From: Phoronis australis
Taxonomy: Eukaryota; Animalia; Phoronida
Direction of reading: 5' to 3'
NCBI GenBank assembly: GCA_002633005.1
Contig: NMRA01000137.1
Span: 806,001 to 870,000 of the forward strand
Length of the DNA: 64,000 nucleotides
In this document: one piece after another, positions 40,142-53,779 of the stretch
Numbering within the stretch: the stretch's first letter is position 1
Layout: each line of letters begins with the position of its first letter
Notes under the pieces: model-generated
What the model was told of the DNA's origin: nothing
Database searches by the model: none
What the model saw: only the letters and a program-made list of their open reading frames with translations
Made by a program: the position numbers and the translations under genes

Positions 40142-40306
40142 CTTTCGAGCCTCTATGAGAATGAGGTAGTCTCCGTCCATGTGAAACTCGTCCTTTTTGC
40201 CACTGTTTCCCGTGCTTTTCTCGACCAAGTCCTTGTACAAGTTCAGAGCCTCGTCTTCGTCCTCTGTTGTTTTTGTGGAATCCATACTGGCCCGTTTTAG
40301 TTCGTC
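40142..40306 (-). CDS. Internal coding exon (55 codons, DELKRAS...IEARK) of the TRPV-like channel
   Basis: Acceptor ttttgtttcgtttcactcag, donor AAG|gtgggg. 165 nt, phase 0 at both ends, joins in frame to the 39722 acceptor; stop-free and acidic/charged. Confidence 0.75.
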
Positions 40307-42173
40307 CTGAGTGAAACGAAACAAAATCGATGATCAATTGGATCAGGTTAATGTGAACCGTTCAGACACTATGTTTATCTACTGTTTTAAAAACGCTGGA
40401 AAACTGTAACAGAATTTTTAAGTTCTAACTTTGAACATTTATATCAAAATGAAGTTTGATCATGTTATTGAAACCGTTGTTTTGATAAGCTAAAGTTCAT
40501 TAGAAAGACATGGTCACGTGATCCAATTAATAACAGATTGGCAAAAACTCAAAAATCAAATTCTACAGGCTTTCTACTCCCAGAAAATATGTACTTTTAC
40601 TGAGTTAAAATTCATAGTTTTCTTGATATTTTGCAAAATGCAAACTTTAAACACGAATGCACTTCAAAGCATTACATATCGATTAAGTGAAGTGAAATTT
40701 TAGATTCCAAACTCATTCAACTGCAGATGTAGTTTAACTCCCTCACAAGCAAATTGAAACATTAAAAAATCAAATTAGTACAAATTGTCCCGCTTTCAAA
40801 ATCATGATTTTCTCTCATTTAAAGAGCGGCATTATCGGTTTTAAAGCCGAAAACGCACTTCAGGGATTATTGTTCGATGGAATAGACTTCTTGAAGTTAT
40901 TAGCAGAACTATAAAGAACAAAATCTGTTGCTTTCTGATTTTATCACACGTCGTCAATTCCTGTCGTTGTCTGTCAGACAATCGTTGAAAACAATGCCTG
41001 TGATTTTACCACTTTTAAAAATACGTTAACTATTTTGCCATTTATCAAGTGCGATTGAGCTCTGCCAACAGAAGGATAGACTGCGACCCGGAGAGTTGCA
41101 TATGTGATTTCGCGCTGGTGATAATTTCCCGCTAATAATATTCCTTTAACCAAGGCATGATTTTCAATCAAACCTTAACTTGATTTTCTGAGGTGGTTGT
41201 TTTGCATTTGCCAGTACTTGTTGAAAAACGTCTAATTTTTTTTTTTTAAATTGGCCCATGTATTTTAGGTTTCGTTTTCAATTTCATATTTTTATTTCGT
41301 AAATTGCTCCACGGACGCGTATCAAAACAGTTCTATCAAAAATTCCCTGATCATGCAATCTCTGAATATTAAGTATGCAAATCAACTTAGTTGTCGATTT
41401 GGCCAGACAAACGTCTATTGATTATGTTGGCCGCGTATGATAACCATATCGAAGACAACTGTAACATTGTTACACTACAATTAAAAGACTACGGTCATAC
41501 AAGAAAAGCATTGCAGCTGTCCCAGAGTCGTAAATTTATCAGTTTAATGAAAAAATCATATATTGCTTTACTGTCCAGTACCAAACGATATTAAACCATT
41601 TTTACCAGAATTATGCTGACACTATACTGATATCGAAAACATCAAATATCTATTCAAAACAAACTCCAGCAACCTTTTGAAAAGACTATGCTTATTTATA
41701 ATAAAAGCTTATGATTTCAGACAGGAAATTCTGACATTGTAAATGTGTAAATATGTATATATGTATTGAACATCTGGTCATGAAATTGCCATCTATACTA
41801 ACTATTGGAATGTAACATGTGCAAATGCGCTTAGCTCTCCCTCTTAATGAAAAAAATCTGACAAAGGTGCTATTAGTTTTACTCATACCTTTGCAAGAGG
41901 TCCTCAATGCATAAAGATTTATTAAATGTGCCTCTCTAACATTATCATTTGTTATAAAATTTTCTCTGTGGTTATGTCCTTCAATACTAAAAGTAAACAC
42001 ATATAATAGTTGTATAACATCTAAACATGTGATAGGTTTGCTTCGTTTTCTATGATCATTTCAATTAACTGTTTTCCTTGTGTGTTTTCACTTCACATAG
42101 ACTACCTGCATACCACAAGTCCCTTCGGACACACGTCACAACTGCAATTAGGATATGGACTATTCACACATAC

Positions 42174-42221
42174 CTCCTCGTGGGCCTCTTTTCCGTCTTC
42201 CGGAAGCTCCATCGCGGCCAT
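42174..42221 (-). CDS. Probable start-codon exon (MAAMELPEDGKEAHEE) of the TRPV-like channel; exon spans 42226-42174
   Basis: Acceptor ctctgtttcag, then GTTCA ATG GCC, 16 codons and a GAG|gtatgt donor in phase 0, matching the next exon. Confidence 0.65.
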
Positions 42222-44333
42222 TGAACCTGAAACAGAGTACGAGAATCGTTGTCTTGTTTTGCAAACCAGTTTCAGCTGGCCCAGACAAATACCTGTATGT
42301 CATTAAAAGTGTGTTCAACATCTAAATGGCTTGCGCATTTGGCCGGAGATAAGTGATTGGGTAATTCACTAAAGAGTGCCACTGCCACGTGACTTGATCC
42401 ACGCATTATACAAGATTTAACCCGTGGGTGGAATAAGGTTTGTGCGTCCATATCAGCGCAAGGAGTATTCATTTGCCTTTTGTTTTGAGGGTAGACAGGC
42501 ATTTTTCCTGGATTCCCGCGGACAAAAGGATGGCCTGTGAGTTTGCTGCGGCCCATGTTACCTATTCTGTAGGGAAGAGTTGACGTTCACGATAACCGCT
42601 GTCAGTTCACCTGACTATTGAACATTTAGATACGCGAAGACTGCGAAAAAATTGTCTGTTTTATACCTGTTTAATTATTGGTCAATTTTCATCCTGGGCT
42701 TATTAAGATAATCGCAATTAAGTCCGCCACGTGTTATCGATTTTCAGCTGTAAAACCTATACCGGTCGTTTCGCTCTCGTTCATCATTGGGAATAAAGGA
42801 ACGAGCATATTGCCTACGTTCCAAAATTCTGGAATCCTGTCCTAGACTTGCTGTATTATGCCCATACCTGGCCCGCACAAGGTGCGGTGATGAATCAAGA
42901 CGGTTAAAAACGTAGCATCCAGTGTGACAAGCACACTCACTATGACAAGTACATCTAGCGTCTCAACCCAAGAACCCACATACAATCGTAATGCTTGATG
43001 ATCACAGAAACGTACTGTAGGCAAAATAAGAGTTACATAGAAAAAGGTGATTTTTACGGAGATCAGCCGTTTTTTTCTCAAGAAATCTAAAGTTCTGTTT
43101 CTTTTTATTAGCTGCAAAATCGACATTTCTGAAACTTTATGTTTTGCTTCAAGAATTGATTGTCAAACCTCAGAGGCGTGATGGAAACTCTTTTCGAATA
43201 TAAGTACACTTCATTTTGCACGAAACAGACACAACGTCCCAATTTCAATACAAAAGCGGGTAACTTCACCAACTTTTCAGGGAATGAGCTCACGCGTTTC
43301 TAAATAGATCAAGCGGCGAACTCGTATTGTGCACCACCTGGGGCGCACAGACACGTGATTTTAGGTACGAGGATAGTTATTTGACACATGATTTCTCGAA
43401 GTATATTTTTTACTTTGATAAGCGAAATTGGGCTGCACCGCTCTAATCAGTGCAAGGCCCTAAGCTGAAAGTGTGACAAATTTCTTTTCCATTTTATGTT
43501 ACTACGAAAGTCGAACCAAATTTATAAAAGCAGACATTCGGTGTGATACGTTTTGGATTTTGTAAGTGACAAAAATGCCCAGGATTCGTCAATAGTCACT
43601 TACATGGTTCATACACTTAAAAAAAACAGGTTTCCCTACTTATAATAGGTAACAAACTGCTTTTCAAAATACGTGACAGTTACCCACAATTCCACTTGAT
43701 TTCTTCAAATGACGTTCTGAAAGCAACAGTCAACCAAAAGGTTATTTTGACAGTATCCCTAGTAGGGATCCATTGCAAAGACTTACTCGGTGTTAAAAAT
43801 CCCATTTCCTATATTTTCGCCAATTTAGAACAAGGATCGCTAAAACATGATCATTTCGAAACTCTCTGCTATGTTTATATTTGCACAATCTTGTTTTTGT
43901 ATTTTTTAAACTTTTTTTAAGTGGGCGGGGTTTCGACTGAACTGACTTGGAGTAAAAACCCGTTGTTATGATTTTTGAAACTAAATTGAAGCGGAAAGGG
44001 TATTTTAAACATGCGCAATCAGGTAGATGTGTAACGTTATTTCATAACGGGACGCGCTCTAGCGGCGAATGGCCACAGGCATTCCTTGCATCCGGAATCG
44101 GGACACGTACTGCCCGAGACTAAAATCGGTATCGTTCCCAGCGGTAAGTTACAGAAACTATCCCGGGGTATGCCAGATGTTCTCGTACAGATTTCAGAGT
44201 TAATTGACTTCTTGAAAATTTTACTACGAATTAGCTGGGCTACTAGTTTTCAGTTTGATGGGCTTTTGTTGTCCTAGATTGTTTAGTGTTTCGCTTAAAA
44301 GCGGCCGTGACATAAATTTTATTAGCTAGGCCG

Positions 44334-44890
44334 TCAGATTACGACAGAGATATGTACGCTGAATTGAAGGTCCCTGAGAAACAACGCCTGAAGCAGGGTT
44401 CCATACCGTCGCTGTTGATTCCCGGCAGTGCCTCGTCGCCACCCCCGAGAAGTGCGTTTTTGAAGCGAGAAGCCTCGCAAGCTGTGGCAACTATAAACAG
44501 TGACTGGAGGCACTTCATCTACTGTCACCCATGCCTCCGAACGTACCCCATAGCGTGCAATTCCAGGAATTAGCAGTGATTCCCCGTGTGCTCTTGTCTC
44601 TAACCCAGAGCCTGTAAGCCGCCCTGCAGCGATGTTGAGTAGTGGGAGTGAATACAGACCCAGTTTGACACCCAGTGAAAAGGACAGTTCGTCATCCAAT
44701 GAACAGATCGGTGAGCCTAAGTTTGATAAGTTTATTGTGGACTTGTATTGGAGCTATTTGGAAGGTGCCAGGTGTGTGACGAGGGAGTCGCACGGCGGGA
44801 TGTAAGCAGTTTGGGTGCTCAAGTCACCATCCACTGGGAGTGTGTCGCGGCGCACTCGGGCAAGTGGGACAGCTCTTCCTCTGTATGTGA
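44334..44890 (+). pseudogene. THAP-domain transposase fragment (Kolobok-like)
   Basis: DYDRDMYAEL...RLKQGSIPSL (THAP C-terminal AVPT-like motif), then FDKFIVD and, after a frameshift, LELFGRCQVCD...GAQVTIHWECVAAHSGKWDSS, a CxxC...CxxxH...W motif I associate with Kolobok-type transposases. Confidence 0.7.
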
Positions 44891-46706
44891 AACGATAATG
44901 AGTACTTCTCGGTAGGCAGCAACAGCGTGGCATGTTGACTGACTCGTAAACAAAAGCAAACGACGACCGAACTTATCACAACCGAGGTAGAACACTGACT
45001 GACTCGACTGCTCTCACAGTCAGAATGTATGAAAAGAAATTGGCGCGAAATTCTTGCCTCCCAAAACGTCACTTCCGGAGTAGACGACGAGTAAATAATT
45101 AAATTACGAAAACCTGTAAGTAAGTGAAAAATATGTCTGGGATAATCAACGAACCCTATTTTTGCTAAAATGCCTTTAAATTGTTCATGTTTGCTTCAAG
45201 TGAACGACAACCGTAAAGCGTATGCATAAGCTGCGAAGTGGTAAAACACAACAGCGTACAGTGAAGCAGTTATGCAACTTATTTATCTATCTCGTAGAAT
45301 TAGCGTGATCTGGGATTCTGTGCTTACCTGCGAATCACCGATAAAGGGATCTTAAAACCCCTCACGTGCTGAATATCTATCTGATTAAATCATAATTGCT
45401 AGTATAGTGTTTAGTTGTTAGGACCATTACAATGGCCAGAGGATTCAAGGATAACAACAGTTCTGTATTTTATTTTAGGTGTATTTACCACTCTCTTCTT
45501 CAAGTCTCGTTAAAGACGATGCGGCGATAGTAATTTATAATTTTCCGTCTATATTTCTGTCGTGTCATCTTTAATGCGATTACTATTAGAGGGGACATTC
45601 TGTCGAATTATACTAAAATTACCACTACGCCAAGAAATGGTAATTAGCATTCTCAAAGGTCTGTCTACTAACTCCTGTTTTTCGAATACGACGAACAAGT
45701 CTGTGGTGTACGATGAGCAGACAGGCGCTCCGACATGACTTTTCGACTTAGCGAGCCGCTATCGAAGAATGGCATTGTGAGAGCTCGGTTTTAACTGGCA
45801 GTAAGTCATAGCTCTACCCACTATGGTGGGCTCACAGATATTTACACGGGCGAGTGCTTCCCTATTTATATAAGTGTACCAGTTTGGCGGGTTGACTATA
45901 TTTGTATGGCTAATCCGCTCAACTTCGGAAGATACATCTGAATAAATATACTAGGTTAAACCATTCTCGATGAATCCTCTATGTAACAACTTCCACTCCC
46001 GTCTTCTTTCTGTGGAAATGTATGTATTTACATAGGTGTTCCCATATCTACTAGTTGAGAAAGTGCAATTAAATTAGAAGCTGCAAGAGTCTATTTGAAA
46101 TACTGTCGTCAGTAATTTCATTTGTCAACATTTCCTTAAAAATATCAAGTAAATGCCTGAAAAAATGTTTGTACTTACGTCACTTCAGCGATCTATGAAG
46201 CATTTCCAAATTCGTAAAAATAATATCATATAAATTCATTGATGAAAAGATATTTTCACAAAGAAATTAAACACAGAATGTGCATTTTCCATGCTCATTA
46301 GTCCATTGTATATTTGGATATACAATTAATGGAATGATTTTGAATCAGAATTGCACCGGCTTCCAGCTTAAAAGGATACAAACCCGGTTTTGGCCAATTA
46401 ACAGATATCAAAAATGACTTTCCCATCTACTCCGCTGAAAAAATAAGGCTCTGTAACGCTCGAAAACCCTCAAATATTTTTAGCGAATTTTAAAAATTCT
46501 TTAAAAAAATCTGCTAAACGGGCAAGCGTGACCTACGCTGTAGTTGAGTTATGCGACAACTGTAGGGAAAGACCACCCATCAAGTACCAAAATATCCTAT
46601 CGGTGACAAAGAAAGTTAGAGTTTCTAATTGAATCCTGTTTTTATCATTCAAGTGGAATATAAGGTGGCAAAACGAGAATTGGTTGAAATGATCAAAACA
46701 GGCGTG

Positions 46707-46848
46707 CGTTCAGTAGACGCTAGGACCTACGCTAGGACCTAGCCAAAAGCTAGTCAAGATCACGTGCTCTTATTTAAAATACACGGCAATATCTCGCGTA
46801 ATCTCGCAAAGTCTTGCTTTTAAGTTAGGTCCTAGCGTTACTGAACGG
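46707..46848. mobile_element. Short MITE (copy of family also at 49423-49513 and 8176-8255)
   Basis: TIR cgttcagtagacgctaggaccta ... taggtcctagcgttactgaacg around the shared core aatcacgtgctct...aatatctcgcgtaatctcgc...gtcttg. Confidence 0.7.
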
Positions 46849-49422
46849 GAGGCAGGGTTTAGTATCCTTTTAAAGTGAAAGGGTACAGTCTCGTGCTAAG
46901 TTGCAAGGATGTCCGTGGAACTAGACAACAAAGGTGTGTGATAAAAAGGGTCTCATTGCAGTGGCGGAAAACGTGAATCACAGTTATAGTCAAGTTAAGC
47001 AATAATGGTATCCATTTTTTCTAGGGAGATGACCATCAATGACGTCAGTCAGTAAATATAAACATTCATAACCAGAAAAATGGTAAAATTGAATTTAAAA
47101 AGAATAGTAACTGAGCAAATAACTATGTTTATTGTATTCATTTAAAGCGGTCTAAAATAAATATTTAATTTTGATCACTTTCCGGTATAAAATTAGTTAT
47201 TAAATCAAAATCGAGAGGATAGATACACCTTCATCATATAGCAGAGATATTATTGGACAGTGAACATCGGGAATACCCCGGGTATTTTCGTAGTCTCACA
47301 TTTCCGGCCCTCGGAGGTGTTTCATATCCGTGCACGCGCGAGCTTCAGTTATTACGACAAGTCACGTGACTTCCAAAGTTGGAGAATGATAATGACTGCA
47401 AATAGCACATAATGAAATACCCCTCGAGAGGAAATTTGAGCCATTACCTCTAGTGTTCCGGTTGACAGCTATCGTCAGAACGGGCAACAAAATCCTCTGT
47501 CACCAAAATCGTTTCATTAGAAAATCATATGCTAACGTCATGATTGGGATAATCGAACTTACCCCTCAATGACCGTAACAATGTCCATCGTCGTTTGTTG
47601 CCCAACAAAGCTTGTTTGTCGAGAAGTAACGTAATTTCGGACGATTCTGCCATTTTGATTCATCGCCGCATAAAATGAGCAAGAGCACAAGCCACAATTC
47701 TAAGTGGAATTTGTCACGTGCGAGCAAGTCCTCTGTAATACCGTGCTTTACACATAAATTCACGTTCAAAATGTGGAAGTAAATCCGACTGCGCTCTTCA
47801 TCTGTTTGAGTTTCGATGCAAAACTGACAGACAGTTAATATTGGACAGATGATCGTCAACGAGTGCTGGATCAACTGCAACGCACGTGTTAGCGAATTTT
47901 CCAGTCTTCCGCTGTCTAATCCAAAATTGAGCAAACTCACGAGTTACACGGCCATCTCTGCATCAAATCTCCATTTTGTCTCGCTCATTGTGCTCAACAC
48001 TGGCCGAAGTCAATACTCACTTAAACCCCAACACATTTCAGTATTCGACCGGCATACAAAACTAGTTTACATCATCGATCTTGGGTTAATCTCGTTTGCG
48101 CAATGACGGAAACGCCTGAAAGTGATTAGTGCGACGCTTGGTTTGGATCGGGATCATGTCCAACGAATGTGTTTAATGAAAGGTACAGAGGCAAACATCT
48201 GCCCTTGGATCGACTGTGAAGCGAATTTTGAAGGAAGTTGTACTCATCCGTAAGTGTTGACGCCATCAAACTATGGAGGCTTTGGTTTGTCGTTCGCGAA
48301 ACGAGTATTTTATTTTGTGTGGTCTATACTGGTCCTGTACATTCTTTGAAAGTTAATTTTACTAGTGGAGTTTGGTAAACACCACCAACCAGAAGAAAAT
48401 CACGTGATTATGCGTGTTAGAAATGGTCTCCTCCGGCCAGAAAAGAGTACAAAAAGGTATCTATTGGACAGTAACCACAGAGGCAAACACTGTAGGACAT
48501 TACGTCCGACGTTGACAGATCTGGGATGTCACGGCCATTTTTATCTGGAGCTAGGTGCACTGGGGCTTCCTTAAATCATCCTTTGTTCTTGATGGAAGTA
48601 GAAACACAAGGTAAACATCAAGCATTGGTTATGAATTTGTTAAAGAAACAAAGGTTAAACAACGTGAATCAATCGACAAGAAACCGAGTAATGATCGACC
48701 TATAGATCGACAAACTTTATCTGCAAAGACGAAAAACGAACCAAGTAGCACTTGATCTCACAAATCGGTCTCATAAACATTTCCGTGATAAGACTCTATA
48801 TCAATTGCTAAAAAGACCAGAAGCTCAAGAACATGCTTGAAATTTAATGGAGTGTGACAAACCTAGAATCGCGAATTCGAAAATGACGCGCGTGCAGATT
48901 GCCTACGATTTGAGTTGCCAAATCTTTCTGTAACAATTCAAGATCGGAAGAGCGTGGCGATGTTTTTAAGCGCCAAAGCGCTTCGGTTAAAAATTCAACC
49001 GATAAGGTTTAAATTTATCTCATTAAATTCAACATTGACAGCAGCGAAATGCACCCTTGGACAGCCAAAAGTTTCGATAACTATAACATTTTGTGACCTA
49101 GAATGTGTGTCCTAGACAAAAATGAATAGCTATACCCATGCAAGAACAAATTGCTCTTTGAAAAAAACAAAACGTATTATTTCGGATACATAGGGGCACA
49201 TATACGACTGGGGTTTGATGAACTTGTCCGGTGATTATCTACCAATTCCGTCATCAGAACTCACATTTTAAGTGCTTGTGACAATATTATGATGGATTGT
49301 TATCGCGTCTCCAAGATATAACTGACTTGTAATATTGACAAAACAGTTAATGCGAAGGGCTCAAAGTCTTTCCCGTCAAATTTCTGTTCTTCACGCTCGT
49401 CTCATCCATTTTGTACAACCTG

Positions 49423-49513
49423 GACCTCGCTAAAATCTAATCAAAATCACGATGTGCTCTCATTTAGTGCAATATCTCACGTAATTAGCGAGGTCTTGCT
49501 TTTTAGCGAGGTC
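49423..49513. mobile_element. Short MITE, related to 46707-46848
   Basis: Inverted repeat gacctcgctaaaa ... ttttagcgaggtc with the same core sequence. Confidence 0.65.
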
Positions 49514-49519
49514 TTAGTA

Positions 49520-49675
49520 CAGGCGGATCCAGGGGGTCAAGGAGGTCTGTAACTTATTTTTCCTTGATTTTAGTGATATCAAATATAGAATGTTTAAATT
49601 GTTGACTTCGACCCACTTTTTAAAAAAATCTCCATCCGATCCCACCCCTTTTAAAAAATCCTGGATCCGTCCCTG
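49520..49675. mobile_element. Short hAT-type MITE
   Basis: caggcggatccagg ... cctggatccgtccctg inverted ends. Confidence 0.6.
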
Positions 49676-51599
49676 GAATGTCGGGCTGTATTTCGCCTGG
49701 TGAAATGAACCACAAGTCGTAGATTCAGTGTTCGACTTGCTTCGTCCGTTTCAACGGTGGTGTGTGCCATTTTCTGTTTATTTACACTGGCGTTGCGCGG
49801 GACAAAACACAACTCCTATTACAAAAAATACAAACCTCAACGTCCCAGTTACTGTTTGTTTTTCGCAACAGCCTGAACTTTACTAACTACGGCTATCATA
49901 AACCAGTCAGTGGACTGAACCAGCTAAACGACTAATTTACTGAACTGAAATGACGTTATGTACAACCTAAATCAGATTCTCTCAACACCTAAAGGGACTT
50001 CTGCATATTCCGCAAGGCAAATTACACCCAACTAACAATACCACAGTACTTCCGTGCGGCGCCCTACTGCGGGTACAACTGCTAAGACAGGGCAATCTGA
50101 TTGACACCGGGGTTGCAATTTTGACGGAACGCTTTGAGACAGTGCTGTGTTGGAAACACTTGACTTTGAACCCAAGCGTTCCGTGGCAAACAAAACTAAC
50201 TGCGGGGCCCGCTGCCATCATTGAAAAATGCGGACACGTTTGCCAGCGGGGGGTCTCTCATCCAAATAATAGGTAGGGCTGTAGGGGTGTCACACCTAGT
50301 GGCGTAGGGAAGGTTTTCGGCCCCTGCGGGTAACAATACAAAAATGCGCCCATTGGGATGATGAATGACAGAATGTCTGTTTACTGGTAATTTGTCTCAG
50401 CCGAACTGCTATGAATTATTTGTTACGAGAGACATCAGTTATGAATATGTAGACTGCGCTGCCGAATCTCGGACGTGAGCCCAATGCTGAGATATAAGCC
50501 CATCCAAACTTCTCTGCTATTCTCACTTATAAACCGTAACGAATCTAGTGACGGTACAAACCGGACACTATTTTTTCTCACGCATACGCCCGAGCTTTCT
50601 CCATCATCTGTCAGATCACGACAAACCTACATTTTTTTCGCTTGCGCCATCATGCCAGGTCCAAGTCATGGAAACAATTCCACGACCGCGCCTCTAAAGC
50701 TTAGGCACGATTCCCCAAACTTCAGTGCCGGACCAGCGGAACCAGCCGCTCCCCTAAATTTCACTCACGCACCGAAAATTCCACACACCCGGTGACCCAA
50801 CTTCAGTCCCGGGGACCGAATTCCACACCACACCTCTAGCCCTCAGGACGCAAGCATGGAATCATTATCTTGTTCCCGGGATCGAAGATTGTATGGAGCA
50901 ATTTCGGTGCGTGCGTGAAGTTAGGGTTACGCTTCTGAGGATTTGCCATCCCCCGGGTAGGGGAGTGTCTGCTGATCCGGGACTTGAGTTAGGAGGATCG
51001 ATGTTGGAATTCAGAGGCGCGACCATGGAATTGTTTACACCCTCCAGGTGGGCCAACGCAGAGAAAATATTGAGAATTCAACGTACTTTCGGTTTGTATC
51101 AAACGTAAAAAAAATGACTTAGCAATGAAAAAACTGCATAAGAAGCCGAGTAGTCAGTGTTTCCGACTTGTCCACAAATAAGCAGTAGATTTTGAAAACT
51201 TAGTTGAGTCCCTACTGGGGACCTCACGGTTTGATAGGCAACCAGGTACTGGTCTTTTGGAGTGCACCAGGCGTGCTTATAGGTCACTACAAGGCCGGGC
51301 TTATGGTACTAATCACCTCTACCAGATACCATTTGGGAGTTCTGGTGCGCGCAAGCAGGGGCTCGTTGGGGGTGAATAAACAACGCATAGGCCCTGAACA
51401 AACTGAACAAACCCCGTTTACCGTTTTTTTTTCTTTTTTTAGTCAACAGGGCCGCAACCCCAAACATTCGAGGCCTCTGCGTCCCCACATTTTAGGCTGG
51501 GCGCGCGCATGTGCCGAAATTCTGGTTATTCCCGTGCCCTGCCCCCCAACTCAAAATCCTGAATCCGCCCCTTAGCACGATGGAGTTCCTCGTGAATAA

Positions 51600-52200
51600 A
51601 GACTTCCAATCGGACTGTTTCCCTCAGAACGTTGAAAGAGAGCTAAAACTAGGACGATCACAGCGAGTTCACCCCCACACAGCCAGGTCATGTTTGCCTC
51701 AAGTTGTAAAGACTTTGATAAACAGGGCAAATCTCTACTACATGTTGTGGAGTCTCGGCTTTTGTGCCACACTTATGTCATGTGACCTGTGATGTTTCGA
51801 TGCCAAGCTATGTTGCAGATGCAGTGCCTAGTAATAACCTGGTACTCCTCCCAAATAGCAAGTCTGTCTAGACTCTGGCCTGAAACCTCGAACAACCCTT
51901 TGGTTCATATCGGACAGGGAAATATTTGGTTCGTTTGTCTGCACGTGCGTGGGGCACTTCCTCAAGGCATCTGCAAACAGTTCGAGCGCCCAGTGTTTCA
52001 CATTAGCTTTACAGCGCCCGTAGGAAGCCTTGGTTGTTTCGATAGCACAAATCCGACTTTCTGACAGGATGCGCTCAGAGAAAAAATCCCAGGTTGTATG
52101 CCTGGTGTGCAGTCCACTATTTTTAACAAATGTGCCCCACTGTGATCTTGGTGACCTTACCTGTGACACAGCTCTCACTACAAAAGGCTTTTGTAAGAGT
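51600..52200 (-). mobile_element. Decayed LINE ORF2 3' fragment
   Basis: Minus-strand KCGTKAETPQHVVEICPVYQSL (~51715-51775) matches the C-terminal CCHC zinc knuckle of non-LTR reverse transcriptases; boundaries approximate. Confidence 0.5.
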
Positions 52201-53779
52201 TCTAGTCCGTACAAAAAGTTTTACAAATTCAATAAATAACCCGTTGAACTGCAAGTCTCATGAACCCAACAAGCAGCATTATCTGAATACGACCTTTCTA
52301 TAGAGTTCTACAAAATGGACTAGCTCTTTCGTAAATTTTTAACACATGGAGAGTGAAACTCCTATGTTGAGAATCAAATAGGAATTAAAAGGCATGTTTT
52401 CGTAGGGAATATGGCCAGGAAAAAACAACCTCCCGCGTGAGCTAGCTCCGCGTATTGAACACCTACCTGTATGCAAGTACAGGCACACACGATTGTCCTG
52501 CGCTTTATGTATACATTTTTATGTTATGTGCGGTGCCAACATGGGTGTAACGCCTCACTGGCTTTTTGAAAACGAGCCTTTTTAATACCAGGGGTAATAA
52601 CAACATTCAAGCGTAGATTTGGTGTACAGGAAAGCAATGAAGTACTCAAGTGTGCTGGTTACCTTTAACAACACTTAATCGAACGACAAGAAGTCATCAA
52701 TCGAAAGTCTGCCCTCGATCATGGAGATACGATGGTCAAATCACCTTTATCAAATAAGCTACAGAGAGATTTCTTGTCTATCCTGAAGATTCACTCACCT
52801 GAGTCGTTCATACGCGTTTGTGATGACACTTCGTCGGTTCAATCGTAATATCCTAGAATACTCGTTCAGGATCCAGATAGGCCACGGTCTGTCGCGAGTT
52901 TCGTATTCTAGGCGATTCGCCCGAGTCGAGATAATAGCTTATTGACATACTCGCCGACCGTTCAATACGGATTTGTTTGCTGCATGAAAGGCCGTATCCA
53001 AGGGCTAAACACACAAAAGGGATTCGTGGGTTTGTTATTAATAAAACATCCCGTTTTCTCGGGAAAGGATGTACGCAGTTATCAGAGCGTGGAGAAGTCT
53101 TTGTTGAAGCACTTTAATAACTCGGTGGGATGGCGAAAAGTTCCATGTGGCGATGACCATCCTTCAGCAATTGTCTATGCAGGCTAGGGCGGACGTTTTG
53201 ATAATTAGCTACGGTGTAAATTTAGAAATTTTACTTTTTTGCTGTTTCACTAAGCTTTGCACGGTTTGGTGTTAATTCTAAAACAAGATTTGCAAGAGAA
53301 ACCTTTAGTTAATCGCAACACAGAAAAATTAACATTTTCCTACATATCATTTGCTATTATGACGAAAACATTGCTAGAATATATCTACGTCCCCTGCATT
53401 TAATTGGAAATGCGCACCCGCTTCTTACACCGATGGGACTGCAGTGGTTTGCATGAAAATGCTTAGTGGCTTTAAAGAGGCATGGAACGCGAAAACCGTA
53501 GAGAATCTACTTCTTGGGGAAACTAACTTGAGACTTATCCAAGTTGAATATCGCAAGAATTTCTGAATAAAATCGTCAGATTCGATACTTCTGAAACACT
53601 GACTCGTGGACGAGACGGTCTCGCCTCCTAGCTGGTGACTACCAGAATGATTCGTTTTTTAATTTAGTCATTTCAAAGCACAACATCTATACATATATAC
53701 ATATGATGAAGAAAAGAAGATGAAATATATTTAAGCGTCCAAAACTGACACAAAATCCCTCCAGCGTAGCAAATAACTG

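Noticed and set aside
32581-40570. Exact 20-bp match aaaaatcaaattctacaggc on both sides of the channel's large exon, suggestive of a TSD
   Set aside because: Similarity continues imperfectly beyond 20 bp and the copies do not abut exon or poly-A boundaries; more likely fragments of one dispersed repeat.
45320-45335. Strong minus-strand donor CAG|GTAAGC as the channel's first-exon end
   Set aside because: Plausible, but there is no independent support for an exon or TSS there.
47566-48106. 124-aa minus ORF and overlapping plus ORF
   Set aside because: Non-ATG start, no motif, no splice support.
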